64,000 nt of DNA from the human T2T-CHM13v2.0 reference genome, Homo sapiens (GCF_009914755.1 NC_060932.1), one strand, 5' to 3'; shown: positions 43,555-64,000, counted from the first letter of the stretch. Made by a program: numbers and translations. The notes: generated from the sequence alone by a model not told the origin.

Positions 43555-44528
43555 CTGGCACATAGCATAGTGCTTGGTATGTGCTAGGTGTTCAGTGAAG
43601 ATTTGCTGAGAGGAAAATATGAAAAGTAGAACCCAGTGTCAACCTAGGGGGCCCTTCTGTGGTGCCCCTCTTAGTTTGCCACCAGCCTCCTCATGGAGGC
43701 ATCTTTCTATCACTCAAGAGCCCTCTCCAGCACGACCACATTCAAATTCCAGCCCTAAAAAGGCCATGAAAGGAAGGTATACCTTTCCTCTAGGGGCAAG
43801 GTCTCCTTACTGAGTTGCATGTTTTCTAGTTATCAGCTACCTCTTCCAGGAGAGACCTCTGCTCCTACCCAAGGAGGGGACTTAATGTGACAAACATTTC
43901 AGAGAAGAAGTAATGAGCCTAGTCTTGTACAAGAGAAAGACACAGCCAACTGGGCAGATGTGGAGGTGGGTTATGATTGCTTGCAAGGGAACAAAGCATT
44001 GCCTCTGGTCTAAGTCTGAATGCAGTGAGTAGCCTAAGAGAAATAAGAGCAATTTGGGAGAAAAGAGCTTGGTTTGCATCCATAAGGGCTTTGTAGGAGA
44101 CACCCTCATGGTAAGTAAGCTGCACATAAGAGCTTTGACTGCCATTGTAAGAAGTTTGACCTTTAAGCAGTAGGTAATGGGGAGTCTTATGAAGAGTATT
44201 TGAGCAGGGGACACCATGATTGGAGCTTGGTTCTAGGGAAACTCATCTGGCTAAAGTGTACAGGACCAAGTGAAGAAGAAATACGGAGGAGGCCAGGAGA
44301 TGGTCAGTTCCATGTCACAGTGAAATTGTCCAGAAGAGGGATGACTAAGAGAAAGGTGAAGGAGACTGAAACAGAATGAGTGGGACTGGATCGATGAGAG
44401 TGTAGAGGTGAAGTCAACAGAGGCCTGGGGGCGCAGGACTCTAGGGCATGCTGAGAACAGGCTGGGCTGTCTGAGAGGAGTAGGAAGACCTGGCGGTGAG
44501 GACTAATACATGGCGGCAGAGAAGATCC

Positions 44529-44796
44529 CTCATCTCTAAGTCCATGGGTCTCTCCTTAGTCCTCCTCTTCTTTGGGCATGGAAAACTCATCTCAAGTCCA
44601 TGGGTCTCTCCTTAGTCCTCCTCTTCTTTGGGCATGGAAAACTCATCTCAAGTCCATGGGTTTCTCCTTAGTCCTGCTCCTTCTTGGCATAGATGCCTGA
44701 TCTCCAAGTCCATGAGTCTGTCTTTAGTCCTCCTCCTCCCTGGGCATAGACTCCACATCTCTAAGTCCATGGGTCCCTCCCTAGTCTTTCTCCTTG
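44529..44796. repeat. 56-57-bp minisatellite, about 4.7 copies
   Basis: Unit ctcatctcaagtccatgggtctctccttagtcctcctcttctttgggcatggaaaa at 44529, 44586, 44642, ~44698 and ~44754. Confidence 0.95.
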
Positions 44797-47311
44797 AACA
44801 TGCACAACACTTGAGGGCTCTCTCTTTAGCTCCCCTACTTGACTTCCATTTCCCTGCTTTCTGCTGGCCTCCCACCTCTATGACTACCTTCTCTGGCCCT
44901 TCACCAGCTTCAGCTCCTTTCCGGGCCACCTAAGTATGGCTGCTTGGAAAGGTTCTGCCGCTGGGGATCCTGTCTCTCCACACCCCCTTGGTGCTGATCT
45001 GCCCTCCTCTGGAAGATGATTCTTAGATATGGGGCTGTAGCACCCCGATTCTTCTCCTGAACTCCAGATTTCAATGTCCAGTGGCCTGCTGGAGATCTCT
45101 TGGATCTCAACTTGTCCTCCATTCTTAAGAGACTATCCCCCCTTGCTGCCAGAGGCTTACCGTGTTACTCAGTTGCTTAAGACCTTCAAGGGCTCTTCAT
45201 TGTTGATTGAATTTAATAGGCTTTCCTGCATATGGCAGTTCCCAGTTTAGCTTCGTGTGTAAGGAAATGACTAGAGAGAAACAGAATAGGTCAGCAGGAT
45301 GGTTGTGTAAGACCCTGAGGTCTTAATCTTCTTAACAGGGTGGTGCTGTGCTCTTTGCAGAACTTTGTTCCCATTGGAATGTCTTCCTTTCCTGCCACCT
45401 CCTCTCTGCTCATTCAAGTCCCCTTTTCAGGCTGCCTTGAAGATAGCATTTACTACCACATTGTGGAGCTCCTCCTAATTTGCCTGTCTATGTGATCTTT
45501 CTTTCCTCTTTGTCAGTATCTACAGCCTCTTTGACAGGCCTCCAACCTGCCATGGCTGACCTCACTTTGCATTTTTGCTGCCTTCTGCCCAGAATTATGT
45601 GCCCAGTGAGGGCAGGGACTGTGGTTTATTCACTCCTGTTTTCTCCATAGCCCTCCAGCCTACTGTTTCCCGCATTCTGCATAAGAGTGACAGTTATTGT
45701 TCGTTGTATGTAACAAACTTCTGATGTCCTGTTAAGCTTGAAACTCCTGTGGGACATCCAGGTGGAGACCCCCAGAAGGAAATGCAATATTGGTGGTCAG
45801 GAGAAAGGCTGTAACTGGAACAAAGGACCTGGCATATAGGCCAAGGGATGTGGTGGCCAAAGCCATGGGTAGAGGAGAGTCCCTAGGGAGAAAAACAATC
45901 TCGTGGAAGGCTTACATTTAATAGTGAAGAGAGAAATGGGAACCAGGAGAGGCTGGAGTGGTCAGAGAGTTATGAAGTAACCAAGAGGTGAGGCTTTTAC
46001 AGAGGAGGGGTAGTAATCAGTTCTACAAGCTTAGGAGTGAAATATAAGCAACCAAAGCTATTAAAAAAAAAAAAAAACAAAAACCTACATTGTCTCTCCC
46101 TGCTCTTGTCTTCTTTGTTCCCGGTTTGTTTTTCCCTGCACTTACTCTCTTGCCTTTTTGGATTCCCTTTTAAATGTCACCTTCACCAAGTTCAGCTGCT
46201 TCCACACCTCCCCCTCCCCTGACCCCCTGCACCCAGCACCATTCCTACTGTATCTAGCATAATATTTCAGAGGCTACCTAAAGGCAATAATTAGACAAAC
46301 ACTCAAAACTGCACATCCCAGGCTTGTTCATGAAAGTGAAAAGCTGGAAAACAAACGATATCTATCAAGAAATTAAATGGTTTATAGACAATCCTGGCTG
46401 TCCTGGTATTTTTGTAGGAAAGAAATTTCTTTAAGGGTCCCCAGCAACATACCGTAAGATCTTTATTCCCAATACATTTATCAAATTTAGGATACTTCTG
46501 AGCTTCCCCATTTCTCTGGCCTTGCCTCCTAAAGGTAATGTTATTTTGGTAAACATGTGACCTCTCTTTTATGAAGCCATGGATATTACACAATTCCAGA
46601 CTTCCAGGTTCCTGTTGCCATAGCTTCTTTAAGAAGCTCTTCTTTCCTTATGCTCATACTTACCTATGGTAGCTTTGATGTTTCATTTTCCATAGTAAGT
46701 GAGACTCTGGGCAGAGCACCCAGCACTACTGCTAAGAGGACACAAGGGCCACTTTAGCAGAGACAGACAGCCCAACCCCTGTCCACTGTCAGCAGAAACT
46801 CGTCTGTGACAAAAAGTATAAATCAAAATCATACCAGTGATGTTTTAGTCTTCAACCTGAAGCAGTTGAAGCTTGGGTGTCGCCTTGGAGTCCTGGTGTA
46901 TTTCTATTGTTGTGAAGTGCTCTCAGTGTTGAATGGGCACCCGACTGCAACCTCATGAAGCCCAGAGCTGCAGAAAGAGGGACTGTGGACATCTGGCTTC
47001 TTCATTATTGTCATGCTGCCCCTTGGGGTGGCTGCCTTTAAGGGAAGAGGGGGTTTAAAAAGAACAAAGGGAGATATGTACCAAGGGTGTTTGTCCTCAT
47101 CAGTATGTGAGTTCGTGGAAGGAGTTCTTGCTGCCTGCTGAACAGTGAAAATATTCTCTTGATGGACACCTTTAGCTTGGATTGACAGGTGATAAATATA
47201 TATCCCAAGATTTCTACGTTGAGCCTAATGCAAGCAGCTGGTGAAATATACCAGCACATCCTCAATCTTTCCCTGATTGTGTCTGCATAAAGTTTAGAAA
47301 TAAATAATGTG

Positions 47312-48155
<844 letters not shown>

Positions 48156-49627
48156 TAATGTAAATAGTTATGGATATTCATAATGTCTTCTGTCTGTAGC
48201 TCTGGGCTTCATGAGACTTTAATGGGCGCTGCTTTCTATTAGCACTTTCAACATTGAGAGTCCTTGACCGCAACAGAAAAACCTGAGGACTCAAGGCCAA
48301 TGCCCAAGCTTCAGCGGCTTTGGTCTAAGACTACAAAAACATCACCAGCCTGGAAACTGGTAATACCTAAGTGCTAGGAGCTTCCTTGGGTTTTTGCATA
48401 GTCTCTAGCACATCCAGTGATCCATTCAGGGTTTCGTGTGTATCCATAACAATGGAACTCCATGGTCATTTCACAATCTTTAGGTAGGGTCCAACGTCTG
48501 AGGGCAAATTGTCCTGCATGACTCCCTCTCACATTTCCCCTCAAGCTCACAAATGAGTAAAATCTGGATAAATTACACATGAAGGGGGTTATGGTTAACG
48601 AGACTGAGAGGCAGTCATACTGGGAAGAGCAGCCAGGAGAAAAGAATGTTCTAGATGGGAAGAATGAACTAAACCCTGGGCCTATTACTCATCATGGTAG
48701 AAAAACTTCCTTTACACAGAATGGAACATGAAGTTCTAAGCCTCCTGGTGTTCCAATGAGCTTGGGTTGTCAAGAGCACTCATTTAACAAACGTCCTTAG
48801 ACTCTTACTGTCACACTTAATCTGATCCAGCTTCCTATCTTGAAGAGATTATTTTTGCTGATTTTGACTTCCATCAAAATCTTTGTTTCTTGATGCTCTC
48901 TTGAATGTCCACCTTGGCTTCTATAATTCTTTTGTTTTTAAGATCAGCAAGTTTCTCAAAGCCACATTTGAAAAGCATACAATTACCTTTGAGAGGATTC
49001 CAATGCAAGGATAATTTTCTTATTGGTTCATATAATGAAGTGATTTGTTTGCTCTGGTCCATTTTAGCCATTGAGCATATAACAGATGGGTCAGAGGCCT
49101 AGATGCTAGTCCTGCAGGTCACTAAACTGGTTGAGTGATCTTGGGTGATGTTGGGTATATCACTTAATCTCTCTGGTCTGCAGTTTCCTCACCTGCGAAA
49201 TGAAAGGATTGGGCCAGATGACGTGTAATAATAGCTCCTCTAGCTTCTCTAGCCTGTAATAATGTCCACAGAGTACAGGCTCTATCTAGCCTCTAAGTCT
49301 ATGATTAAAATATGATTACATGCTTTTTAGATGAAATTAGAAGGAAAATCTCACAGGCCTTTTAACTTACCTACCATAAAGAATCATTCATTACCATTTT
49401 GCTTTACTTCTTCTCACTTCCCTCTTCCTAAACTACTCTACAAATAAAGACTAAAATCCAGGAACTTGATATAGGAGAATGATGGATGTGACTATTTCAC
49501 ATCCTTTTCTTTAATATGTTTTTAATTACTTGCAAGTAAATAATTTATTTGCCTATATATCTTTCTGAACTCTGTGTGGGGACTGTTGGTCTCTGGTACA
49601 GTCCAAGCCCTCCAGCCTAGTGCTTGA

Positions 49628-50031
<404 letters not shown>

Positions 50032-50079
50032 TCCATGATGTTTTTTATTGTAGGGTCTATATGTCTAAAACTTTTTTAA

Positions 50080-56100
<6,021 letters not shown>

Positions 56101-56683
56101 TTTAAAAAAGTTTAGGTATCTGCAATAAGGCATGATTATGTTTATTTTGATCTTTACTATTCAGTAGCTCTTAGTTTGTGAGAAATCCTAAACTTCCCAG
56201 TCCTGTCAAAATTGGTCACTTATATATGCCTATAAAATATTGGTTAAAAATGATTTCATATAGCCAACTTTTTGTAAAATATTCATTCCCTTGTCTCTGA
56301 GAGTTTATTTGCTCTTGAAAGAAAATTGTGTTTCACCCAATTTCCCTGAAAAATATCTGTGATGTCATCTTTATTCTTTCAGAGATCAATATTTCCCTGA
56401 GAGTTTGTTGGGATAAATCAACACTGCATTTTAGCTGAGGTGACAGCTGGTCCTATCGATTAGAGCAGGGCTTTTGGAAGCTTTTGAGTGTAATACGTGT
56501 TTGACTTAAGGATTATGGCTATAAGGAGGTCATAGATTACAGCAAAGAAGTCTTTTGAGGGTAAATGTGAGTATACAGTGTCTTCACTAGGATAATCTGT
56601 GTTCCTTGTGGAATGCAGTTTTCTATTTGATTCTCAACAGCCCTCAATTCTTTTCCCCAGCAAAATCCCTGAATTTTGATTTC

Positions 56684-56702
56684 TGGCCACAAGGTGGCAT
56701 CT
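56684..56702 (+). promoter_or_regulatory. CTCF-like core motif
   Basis: tggCCACAAGGTGGCatct versus consensus CCASYAGRKGGCR (one mismatch). Confidence 0.4.
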
Positions 56703-57307
56703 GATTTTCATTAATACGGGAGCCACACCCCTTCATCTCTCACTTCTCAAGCTGGAAACTTCCATCTGTCTCAACTTCTGGACTCTTATTGTAACAGATT
56801 TTTGTCCCCATGGCAGCATTTGTAAAGGAAATTACATTAACTTGTGTTTGTCTAGGGGCCTAGAACTAAACCTTCCTGTATTTAGTTAAGTCATGTTTGT
56901 GTCAAGGCATCCTCCTACGTTTTTAATGTTTTTAATTGATCATTGTGTAGAAAACTTATCGTAGCTTTTCCCATGTATTTCTATGGCTGAGAGTGGGGTC
57001 ATGCACTTTTTTAACATATGCTTATCCTATGCTGCATGTTGTTTTGCTTGCAAGTAGGAAGGTGCAAAGAAGCCCTCTTCAAAGACCTAGCTTTTAGGTG
57101 GGGTAGACGCAAAGTGCATGCATAAAATTGCCGTAAAGGAAAAACTCACAGGCACGTTGTCTAAGTCTCAGACCAGTAGTACGAGTAAGGTCTCTAGATC
57201 TGTGAGAAAAGGCATTAAGAGAGATAGGTTCACCATTGCACAGCACTTGAACAGCACTGGCACAGCACTGGCACATACTAGATACTAAAAATATATATAT
57301 ATATATT

Positions 57308-57628
57308 GGCCAGGCACAGTGGCTTATATCTGTAATCCCAGCACTTTGGAAGACTGAGGCAGGAGGGTGGCTTGAAGCCAGAAGTTTGAGACCAGCCTGG
57401 ACAATATAGTGAGACCCTGTCTCTACAAAAATAAAAAATATAATCAGCCAGGCATGGTGACGCATGCCTGTAGTCCTAGCTACTCAGGAGGCTGAGGTGA
57501 GAGGATTGCGTGAGCCCAGGAGGTTGAGGCTACAGTGAGCTATGATTGTGCCACTGCATTCCAGCCTGAGTGACAGAGCGAGACCCTGTCTCTAAAACAA
57601 AAATTAAAAACAAACAAACAAACAAAAA
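57308..57628 (+). mobile_element. Alu (J-like)
   Basis: Full dimer with an (AAAC)n tail. Confidence 0.93.
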
Positions 57629-58521
57629 CCTACGGAATGAGTGTATGAAGAGGCCTAAGAAGCGTTGCATGGAAGAATGGGGTGAAACTAACTTGAAAAT
57701 GATGAGTGTGAGTTGGACGGAGGAAGTCAAGGAGGAGGCATTGCCACGTGGAGAGACAGGGTGCAGGAGGCGCAGGAGCAGTGTGAGGGGCCAGAGTGTA
57801 AGAGGAGGAGAGTGGTCTGGCCTGCACTGGGATAGCCAGGTCTCCACCTGGGCAGGGCCCTGAGGTCATGCTGAGGTGCCTGTAGTTTCCCCAGAGGAAG
57901 TTGAGAACAATTCTTATGGATTTTTTAAAAAGTGTGAGTCTAAAATTCAGCTGAAAAAAAAAAAAGTGAAGCACAAAGCCCTGTGGTCAGTGGGGGACCC
58001 TGAAAAACACACAAAGCACCTACATAAATAATAACCTGGGCAGCATGGGACATGTGTCCTTAGGTGGTGTAAAACTTGAGCTGGATTTTTCAGAGAAGGA
58101 AGCAAGATCCTGTCCAGCTGGCACAGCAGGGATTGCTGCAGGGCAAGTATCTGGGACCCAAATCTGCTGTAATAATAGCTGACATTTGAATGTCTGTTTA
58201 CAGTTTGCAAAGTCTTTTCAAACATTACCGTATGTGATGCTCACATTATCCCTGTGGTGTCAGCACAGTTACCGTCCCTGCTTTACACATCGGGACGTTG
58301 AGGCTCAGACAGGTTAAATGACTTGACTTCCCCAGAGTCAGTCTGGTCATTTGGGTCTGACCTTGCTTCTTGAAGGACTGGCAAGATGGGGGCCAGCAAA
58401 GGATCTAATGGAAAAAGGTGAGATTTCTCTCACTTTTCTTCTGAATTAAAGATGGTGATAGACACAGTGGCTGCTACTATGAATGAAGGCACAGCTTTTC
58501 CTGTATTATTTCCTTATATGA

Positions 58522-58567
58522 TTTTGCCATATAATGCTATGGTTTTGCCATATAATGCTATGGTTTT
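58522..58567. repeat. Perfect 21-bp tandem duplication
   Basis: ttttgccatataatgctatgg x2 plus tttt. Confidence 0.95.
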
Positions 58568-58849
58568 ATTCCTCAGTGAGAACATAGGGGAAAGGGACTG
58601 ATGAAATGTCATCAATTGAAAACAACCAAGAGCAAACTATCTCAAGGTTTTAGCCAAAATGATGTCAGTCTACAGTTGAAGCCATCTGCCTGGTTTTCTT
58701 TCTCCTTTTATGATCTTTGAATTCCAGGAGCTTATGATCTTGTTTGCAAGAGGAAGCATGTGTGTGCTCACTGCAGCAGATCTTGGGGTGACTTGTGGTG
58801 CATCAAACTGATTCCCATGGATTTGCAGCCTCAGGGCTTTCTCTGAAGC

Positions 58850-59243
58850 CCAAGGAGGTGTGTCACACCAAAGAGGTGACATACACCATTGTGTGAGTTG
58901 TGACCTGAAAGCACAAGAAAAGGGGCAAGATAAAGCCTCCAAAGGCAACCCTAACAATGAAGGCAAGACCATGGCCATATGGTCCAGCCACCTGTCTTCA
59001 GTTAGGACAATTCCCAGGCACATTCTATGTGGTTCCTCAGAGGATTCCAATGTGGTTGAGGCCCAGTTGCTCACGATGTAGACCATTAATAATGCATCCT
59101 TGGTTGGTTCCTTCTTCCCTGTCTCACGTCGTATACTCTTCTGCTTTCTGGCATCGTCTTCCAAATAAACAGCCTGCACTAAAGTCCTTGACCCATGTCC
59201 TTGACTCAGGCTCTGATATTTGGGGAACTCAAACTAGAAACAC
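58850..59243 (+). mobile_element. Old ERVL LTR (LTR16-like); left boundary uncertain
   Basis: ccaaataaacagcctgcac...ctcaggctctg...ggggaactcaaactagaaaca 3' end. Confidence 0.6.
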
Positions 59244-60336
59244 ATGCATATTTGCTCACTTGTGTTTCTAGAAAAGCTTGCTCTACAAGAGATGCATGCA
59301 CCAAGTCTTCTATGATCTCAGTGGAGTGGGGCATTCCAAGGTACTGGGGTGGATGGAGTAGGCTTTGTGCAGGAGGAGAGACTTGCCCAGTTGTCAAGTG
59401 CAGCCATACTGGCTTTGAGTGGGATATACCAAGGGGGGGCCATTCTAGGAAAGATGGATGGACTGTTGTGAACAAAAGCTAGGGGCTTTGGAAAGAGCTG
59501 AGAGAATGAAGAGGCTTGCTGGCCATAGTAGGTATTAGACTAGGGGACAGGGAGATAGGTTTTAGACTGGGAGTGGTGGGCTAGCTTTGGTGATGTTAGA
59601 TCTTGACAGCCCAGGTGTCTTTCTTTGCTCGCAATTTATTACAGGTGGTGGCTTTGCTTCCATTTTGAGCTATACTGTGGAATAGCTTAGTATGTGGAAA
59701 AGGAATGTACTATTCCTTTTCCATAGCAAGCATTTCCCCAGTGAATTGTTAAGCCCAGATTTACTAGTTGAAGCATCTGATTTTTCCCTTCTTGCCCCTC
59801 ATCCTGGGCTTGGAGCCTCCTTCCCTCTCAGTCTCTCCCCAGCCTCAGCTTCCTCCAGAACTATTCATTGTGCTTTAGCCCATTCAACTCTCACAGCTTC
59901 TTCACCTTGACAATTTGGGGCTTTAAGAAAAGATTTGGCAAAGTGTCTTTTCCACGTACCAGCATCTGTGCTTGCCCCTTTGATGTTTTGTTAAGGTAAG
60001 TGCTTGAGTGTTGGCAATAGCTCTCGGTATATTCTAGGTGTCTGGTGATCCAATGGTACCACTCAGGGATTGAGTTTTTGAAGGGACCAGGAGATCTGCT
60101 GGCTCACAAGAGTGTCACTGCCTGGTAATTTTTCCTTGCTCTCCTAGAAGGCTGGCTGCCAAATCAACTCTCGCATCAAATCCAATCCATTGGTTCATGT
60201 ACCTGCTGTGATCTTGGGAAGCCTAGTGCAGTAGTGGTCCCTGTCACAGTTTATAAACTCCTTTGTTTGGCAGGAGACCCTAGCGACCTACTCCTCCCAA
60301 TATCACTCAGCAATACTTTTGGCTAATAACCCTGTA

Positions 60337-60470
60337 TAATTGCATAATATTTCTAGATTGCAAAGCACTTACCTAGACATTGACTTGCTGTCTCATCTCT
60401 GTAATTGCATAATATTTCTAGATTGCAAAGCACTTACCTAGACATTGACTTGCTGTCTCATCTCTGTAAT
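60337..60470. repeat. Perfect 65-bp tandem duplication within a MIR relic
   Basis: 60337-60401 is identical to 60402-60466, with TAAT at each boundary. Confidence 0.96.
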
Positions 60471-61639
60471 AATCCTGTGAGGTAAGCAGGACAACTATTG
60501 TTTCCATTTCATGAATAAAGAGACTGAGATGTTTGGTGACTTGCCCAAGATCACATAACTGGCTAGCATCAGAGGGATCTGGAAACCAGGACCCATTTAC
60601 TATTAGACCACACTGCTAAGGGAGACAGCAAGAAGCATAAGATTCAATCTTTGCTTGGAGGATCCCAGAGTGCTGTTTGAGAGAGATCAGATCAGCAGGA
60701 ATGAAAAGGAGACATTGGGTTCCAAGTGCCAAGTGAATTCTACAGACGGCATGCGATCTAGGCATAAAGAGGAGAGATTGCTCATGATAGGCAAGGCTAA
60801 GAAGGAACACAGAAAGTAGTTTAAAAAAAAGCAAAATAAACAGCACTTACATGGGAGTACCTTTTACAGCTTGAATAAGGGCCATTTTGGGCAAGAAGAT
60901 ACAGATGTAAAAAGAATGAGTATCTCCTAAATGATACAAACAAATCTAAGAATGGCAGAACATTAAATAATCATTGAAGTTGGCCAATATTTATCTAACT
61001 TTAAATGCCAGGAAAGATAGCCATGACTTTCTGCTGTGCCTGCAGGAGTCATGACTAAGCTGAAGATGGTGCAATTCAGAGCCATGAGACCTGGGTTCAA
61101 AAGCCCACTTTCTAGAGAAGGGACACTGGGCAAGTTGCTGAGAACCTTTGTGGTTATTTTCCCTGTGTGGAACATGAGGATACTAATTTTCAAGCTCAAA
61201 AAGTGGTTGTGAATATGGAATGACTAATACAAGTGAAACTGACTGATGGTGTTAGAACTCTGGGTTCCTCTTCTCTTCAAATATTTTGGGCCATGGGTGG
61301 TAAAAGCATCTCGAGTTTGGTGTACCATGGATTTGGCCAAGAGGTGCCATTCCTGTGTCCCTCTGTGCAAGGCCATTGTATCCATTAAGCACAAGAGAAT
61401 CAACTCCTTACGTGTACCAGCTTTACAGGGGACAATGGGAATGTTTAAAAACCCAAAAGAAATGCACTGATCTCAAAACATGAAAGGAAAACAAAAGAAA
61501 ACAGAAATTAATGAACACCCAGTTAGATGTTTACAAAACTGTATCAACTAGTTAATTGCTTCTAATGCTTATGTAGCCATGTATAAATTATATTTAATGT
61601 GACATGCTGGCAAATTTTATTTTATTTATTTTATTTTTT

Positions 61640-62065
61640 AGTGAGAGTACAGAGATTTTTTGCAAAGTAAAAAGTACACACTTAAGAAAGTGGAGTGCAG
61701 ATGTACTTAAGACAGAGTCTTGCAATGGGGTTTGGGGTTTCTATCTTTATGGTATTTTTTTAAACCAAAGGGTGGAATATTCATGAAAATTCCTGGAAGA
61801 AGATGAGCATTTGTTGGAACTGTGGTGCCACTCATTTTTACACCAAATATGGGTGTTCCTGGAACTGTCATGGCGCTAATGTGTATAGGATTTTGTGTGT
61901 TAATGAGCATATAAAAAGGTCCTAGGTGAAATCTGGGTCAAATTCAGCACCATGTTGGGTCTAGTTGCTGTTAGTCAGTTTGGTCCACACCCTGGTTTTC
62001 AGGGTTTTATCAGCCCATAGCCTTTAATCATACAGGTGTGACCACCCTGTATTATTTCTGTCTCA
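61640..62065 (-). mobile_element. ERV1 3' LTR (MER31/MER67-like; subfamily and left boundary uncertain)
   Basis: The minus strand begins TGAGACAGAAATAATACAGGGTGGTC directly after a polypurine tract (forward tttcccccc at 62066). Confidence 0.7.
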
Positions 62066-63960
62066 TTTCCCCCCGCCCCCCCACCGCTCCCAGAGATTCC
62101 TTACCTTATTCTTAGGAATTGATGAGGGAGGAAGTCAGTCTTCTGAATCTACTTCCTGTTGATCAGGGGCATTGACTCTGCATAGTGAGGACATAGAAAT
62201 TTCTGGCTACCTGTCTAAGGGTCCCAAGGGTGGATCATCAGTCGAATCCAAGGCAGGGACTGGCTGGAATCCTAGCATAACCATAGTTTTGACGTGGAAC
62301 TGTTGCAACCTGGAAGACACAAACTTTGCAAGGAGGTTAAACAAAGACCAAAGAGTAGCCATAATACAATAGCAATTAAAGGTCCCAGGAAAGGTGGGTA
62401 CCATGTCACACTTGGTAGATATCCTTTGATGGAATCCAGATAGTTTGAGCAGTGGGGTTATTGAAATTATGAGGCCAGGTAGCCTATTGGTAAGTCTTTT
62501 GAACTTGCAGTTCAACTAAATCCTGAATTGTTGATATAAGAACAACATGTGTGGTTTATTACTATGCAAACCCCTCTGAGAGGTTCATGCTCTGGCCCTG
62601 TCAGGGCCTCATATAGTGACTTAGTAATGAACCCAAATCCTAGGATTCAAATCCTGCAAAATCCTGTCATACCCAGGAAGGCTCTGAATTATTTCTTCAT
62701 TTGTGGAGGTGTCACCTTTTAAACAACCTCCTTTCGTTTGATGGACAAGGTCTGATTTTCTGGTCTTAGGATGTACCTCAGATATTTTGCCTCTGGTTTA
62801 GAAATCTGGGCCTTGGATGGAGAGCTCCAGTACTCTTTCTCCTAGGAAGTCTAAGACTTGAATGCCATTCTTATCTGAGTCCTCTTTAGTGGGACTGCAT
62901 ACCAGGATGTCATCTACATATTGGAATATTTGCTCCCCTGTCTAACTCTAGCTCCCTTAATTCTCATGCCAAGATGTTTCAGAACAAATTAGGGGTATCC
63001 CTAAAGCCCTGAGGCAGTACTGTTCAGGCGTACTGCTGGGAAATACTAGTTTCAGAATAGGGTCACTCAAAAGCAAATAATTGAGAGAATATTGAGAGTT
63101 GGGGAGCAAAGGGATACAAAAGAAAGCATCCTTAAGATCTAATATCGTGAACCAATTGGTGTCTCCCAGTATTTGGGTAATTATAAGTATTAGACACTAT
63201 AGGATGTAAGGGAGTTATGGTCTCATTAATGGCTCATAAATCTTGAACTAGATGATATTCTTTGGTTTCTGAACAGAGGGGACAGGAATATTGCAAGGAG
63301 ACTGACATGGAACCAGGAGGCCATGTTTTAAAAACTTCTCAGTTGGAGCCCGTCTTTGCCTGGCTTTTGGTTTGAGGGGATATTAATGCTTCTATGGGAA
63401 ATTATTTTTGTCTTTTAAAGAGGGGCTCACTGGCTGATCCTGTATTGCTTTCCCAGGGGTTTTTTGATTTCATACTTGTGGGGCTATTTGGGACCTTATT
63501 TCGAGGAGGTGGATCTCCTGTTTTTCTCAGGCTGGCTTAGAAACAACAATCATTGCCAATAAGGCTCCCCAGGGCCTCATAAATGTAAAGTGGCTCCAAG
63601 GGTGGCTAGGAAGTCCCATCCCAATAAAGGAGCTGGACATTCTGGCATAACTAGAAACTCATGAGTGACCATATAGTTTTCTAGCCTGCAGCTCAAGGGT
63701 AATGCAAAGCATTTTTATTTTGGTGTACTGGCAAATTTTAAAATTTTTATTTAATATGGGATGAGAACTCCAAAAGTAGGAAAGTCCGAGGCCTATGACG
63801 TTCCTAAAATAGCTCTGCTCCTATGGCTGGCATGGTCATGGAATCCTTAAGAAATGAGCCATAGTATGGCATGCCAGGTGAGGCAGGGTCTGAGGGGTAT
63901 TCATTGGTCCCCCTGACCTGTTACTCTCCTTTGATAGGTAGAAAATCAGATAGCATAGGA
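62066..63960 (-). pseudogene. Decayed ERV1 internal region with pro, RT and env-TM remnants
   Basis: Minus-strand translation gives HEFLVMPECPAPLLGWD (63601-63663), LPQG (63006-63017), YVDD (62909-62920) and GVCIVINHTCCSYINNSG (62521-62574), with stops and frameshifts. Confidence 0.9.
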
Positions 63961-64000
63961 TGAGTGTCTTATTGGGCTGCTATACCAAAATACCATAAAA

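Noticed and set aside
44529-44796. Repeat array superficially like CRISPR, plus overlapping ORFs
   Set aside because: Contiguous tandem units without spacers, no cas genes, eukaryotic context.
62207-62580. Env remnant as a syncytin-like gene
   Set aside because: SU is missing and the TM region has stops and frameshifts; the listed ORF is out of the env frame.

Overview
Primate, almost certainly human, genomic DNA that is Alu-rich and has no prokaryotic features. It holds the 3' part of SLC25A37 (mitoferrin-1, the mitochondrial iron importer) on the + strand. The window opens inside the long first intron (exon 1 is upstream of base 1). Coding exons lie at 32973-33201, 35179-35235 and 38201-38721, and the 3' UTR has proximal (~39395) and distal (~42307) AATAAA signals. 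The remaining ~21 kb is intergenic and mostly transposon-derived: about 27 Alus across the window, a Tigger3 and a full-length Tigger1, an L1MC-type LINE, THE1/MST/MLT2 LTRs, and a deleted ERV1 provirus at the right end. Nearly all supplied ORFs are noise from Alus and microsatellites. I see no new protein-coding system. The most promising material is the RNA-processing layer around SLC25A37: weak intron-2 splice sites, an intronic poly(A) signal, a candidate 45-nt in-frame cassette or decoy exon, a distant branch point with a ~147-nt AG-free zone before the last exon, and candidate cryptic exons in intron 1. Also notable are bZIP motif clusters and several unusual rearrangement fossils. Repeat subfamily names come from my memory of consensus sequences, and repeat boundaries are approximate.
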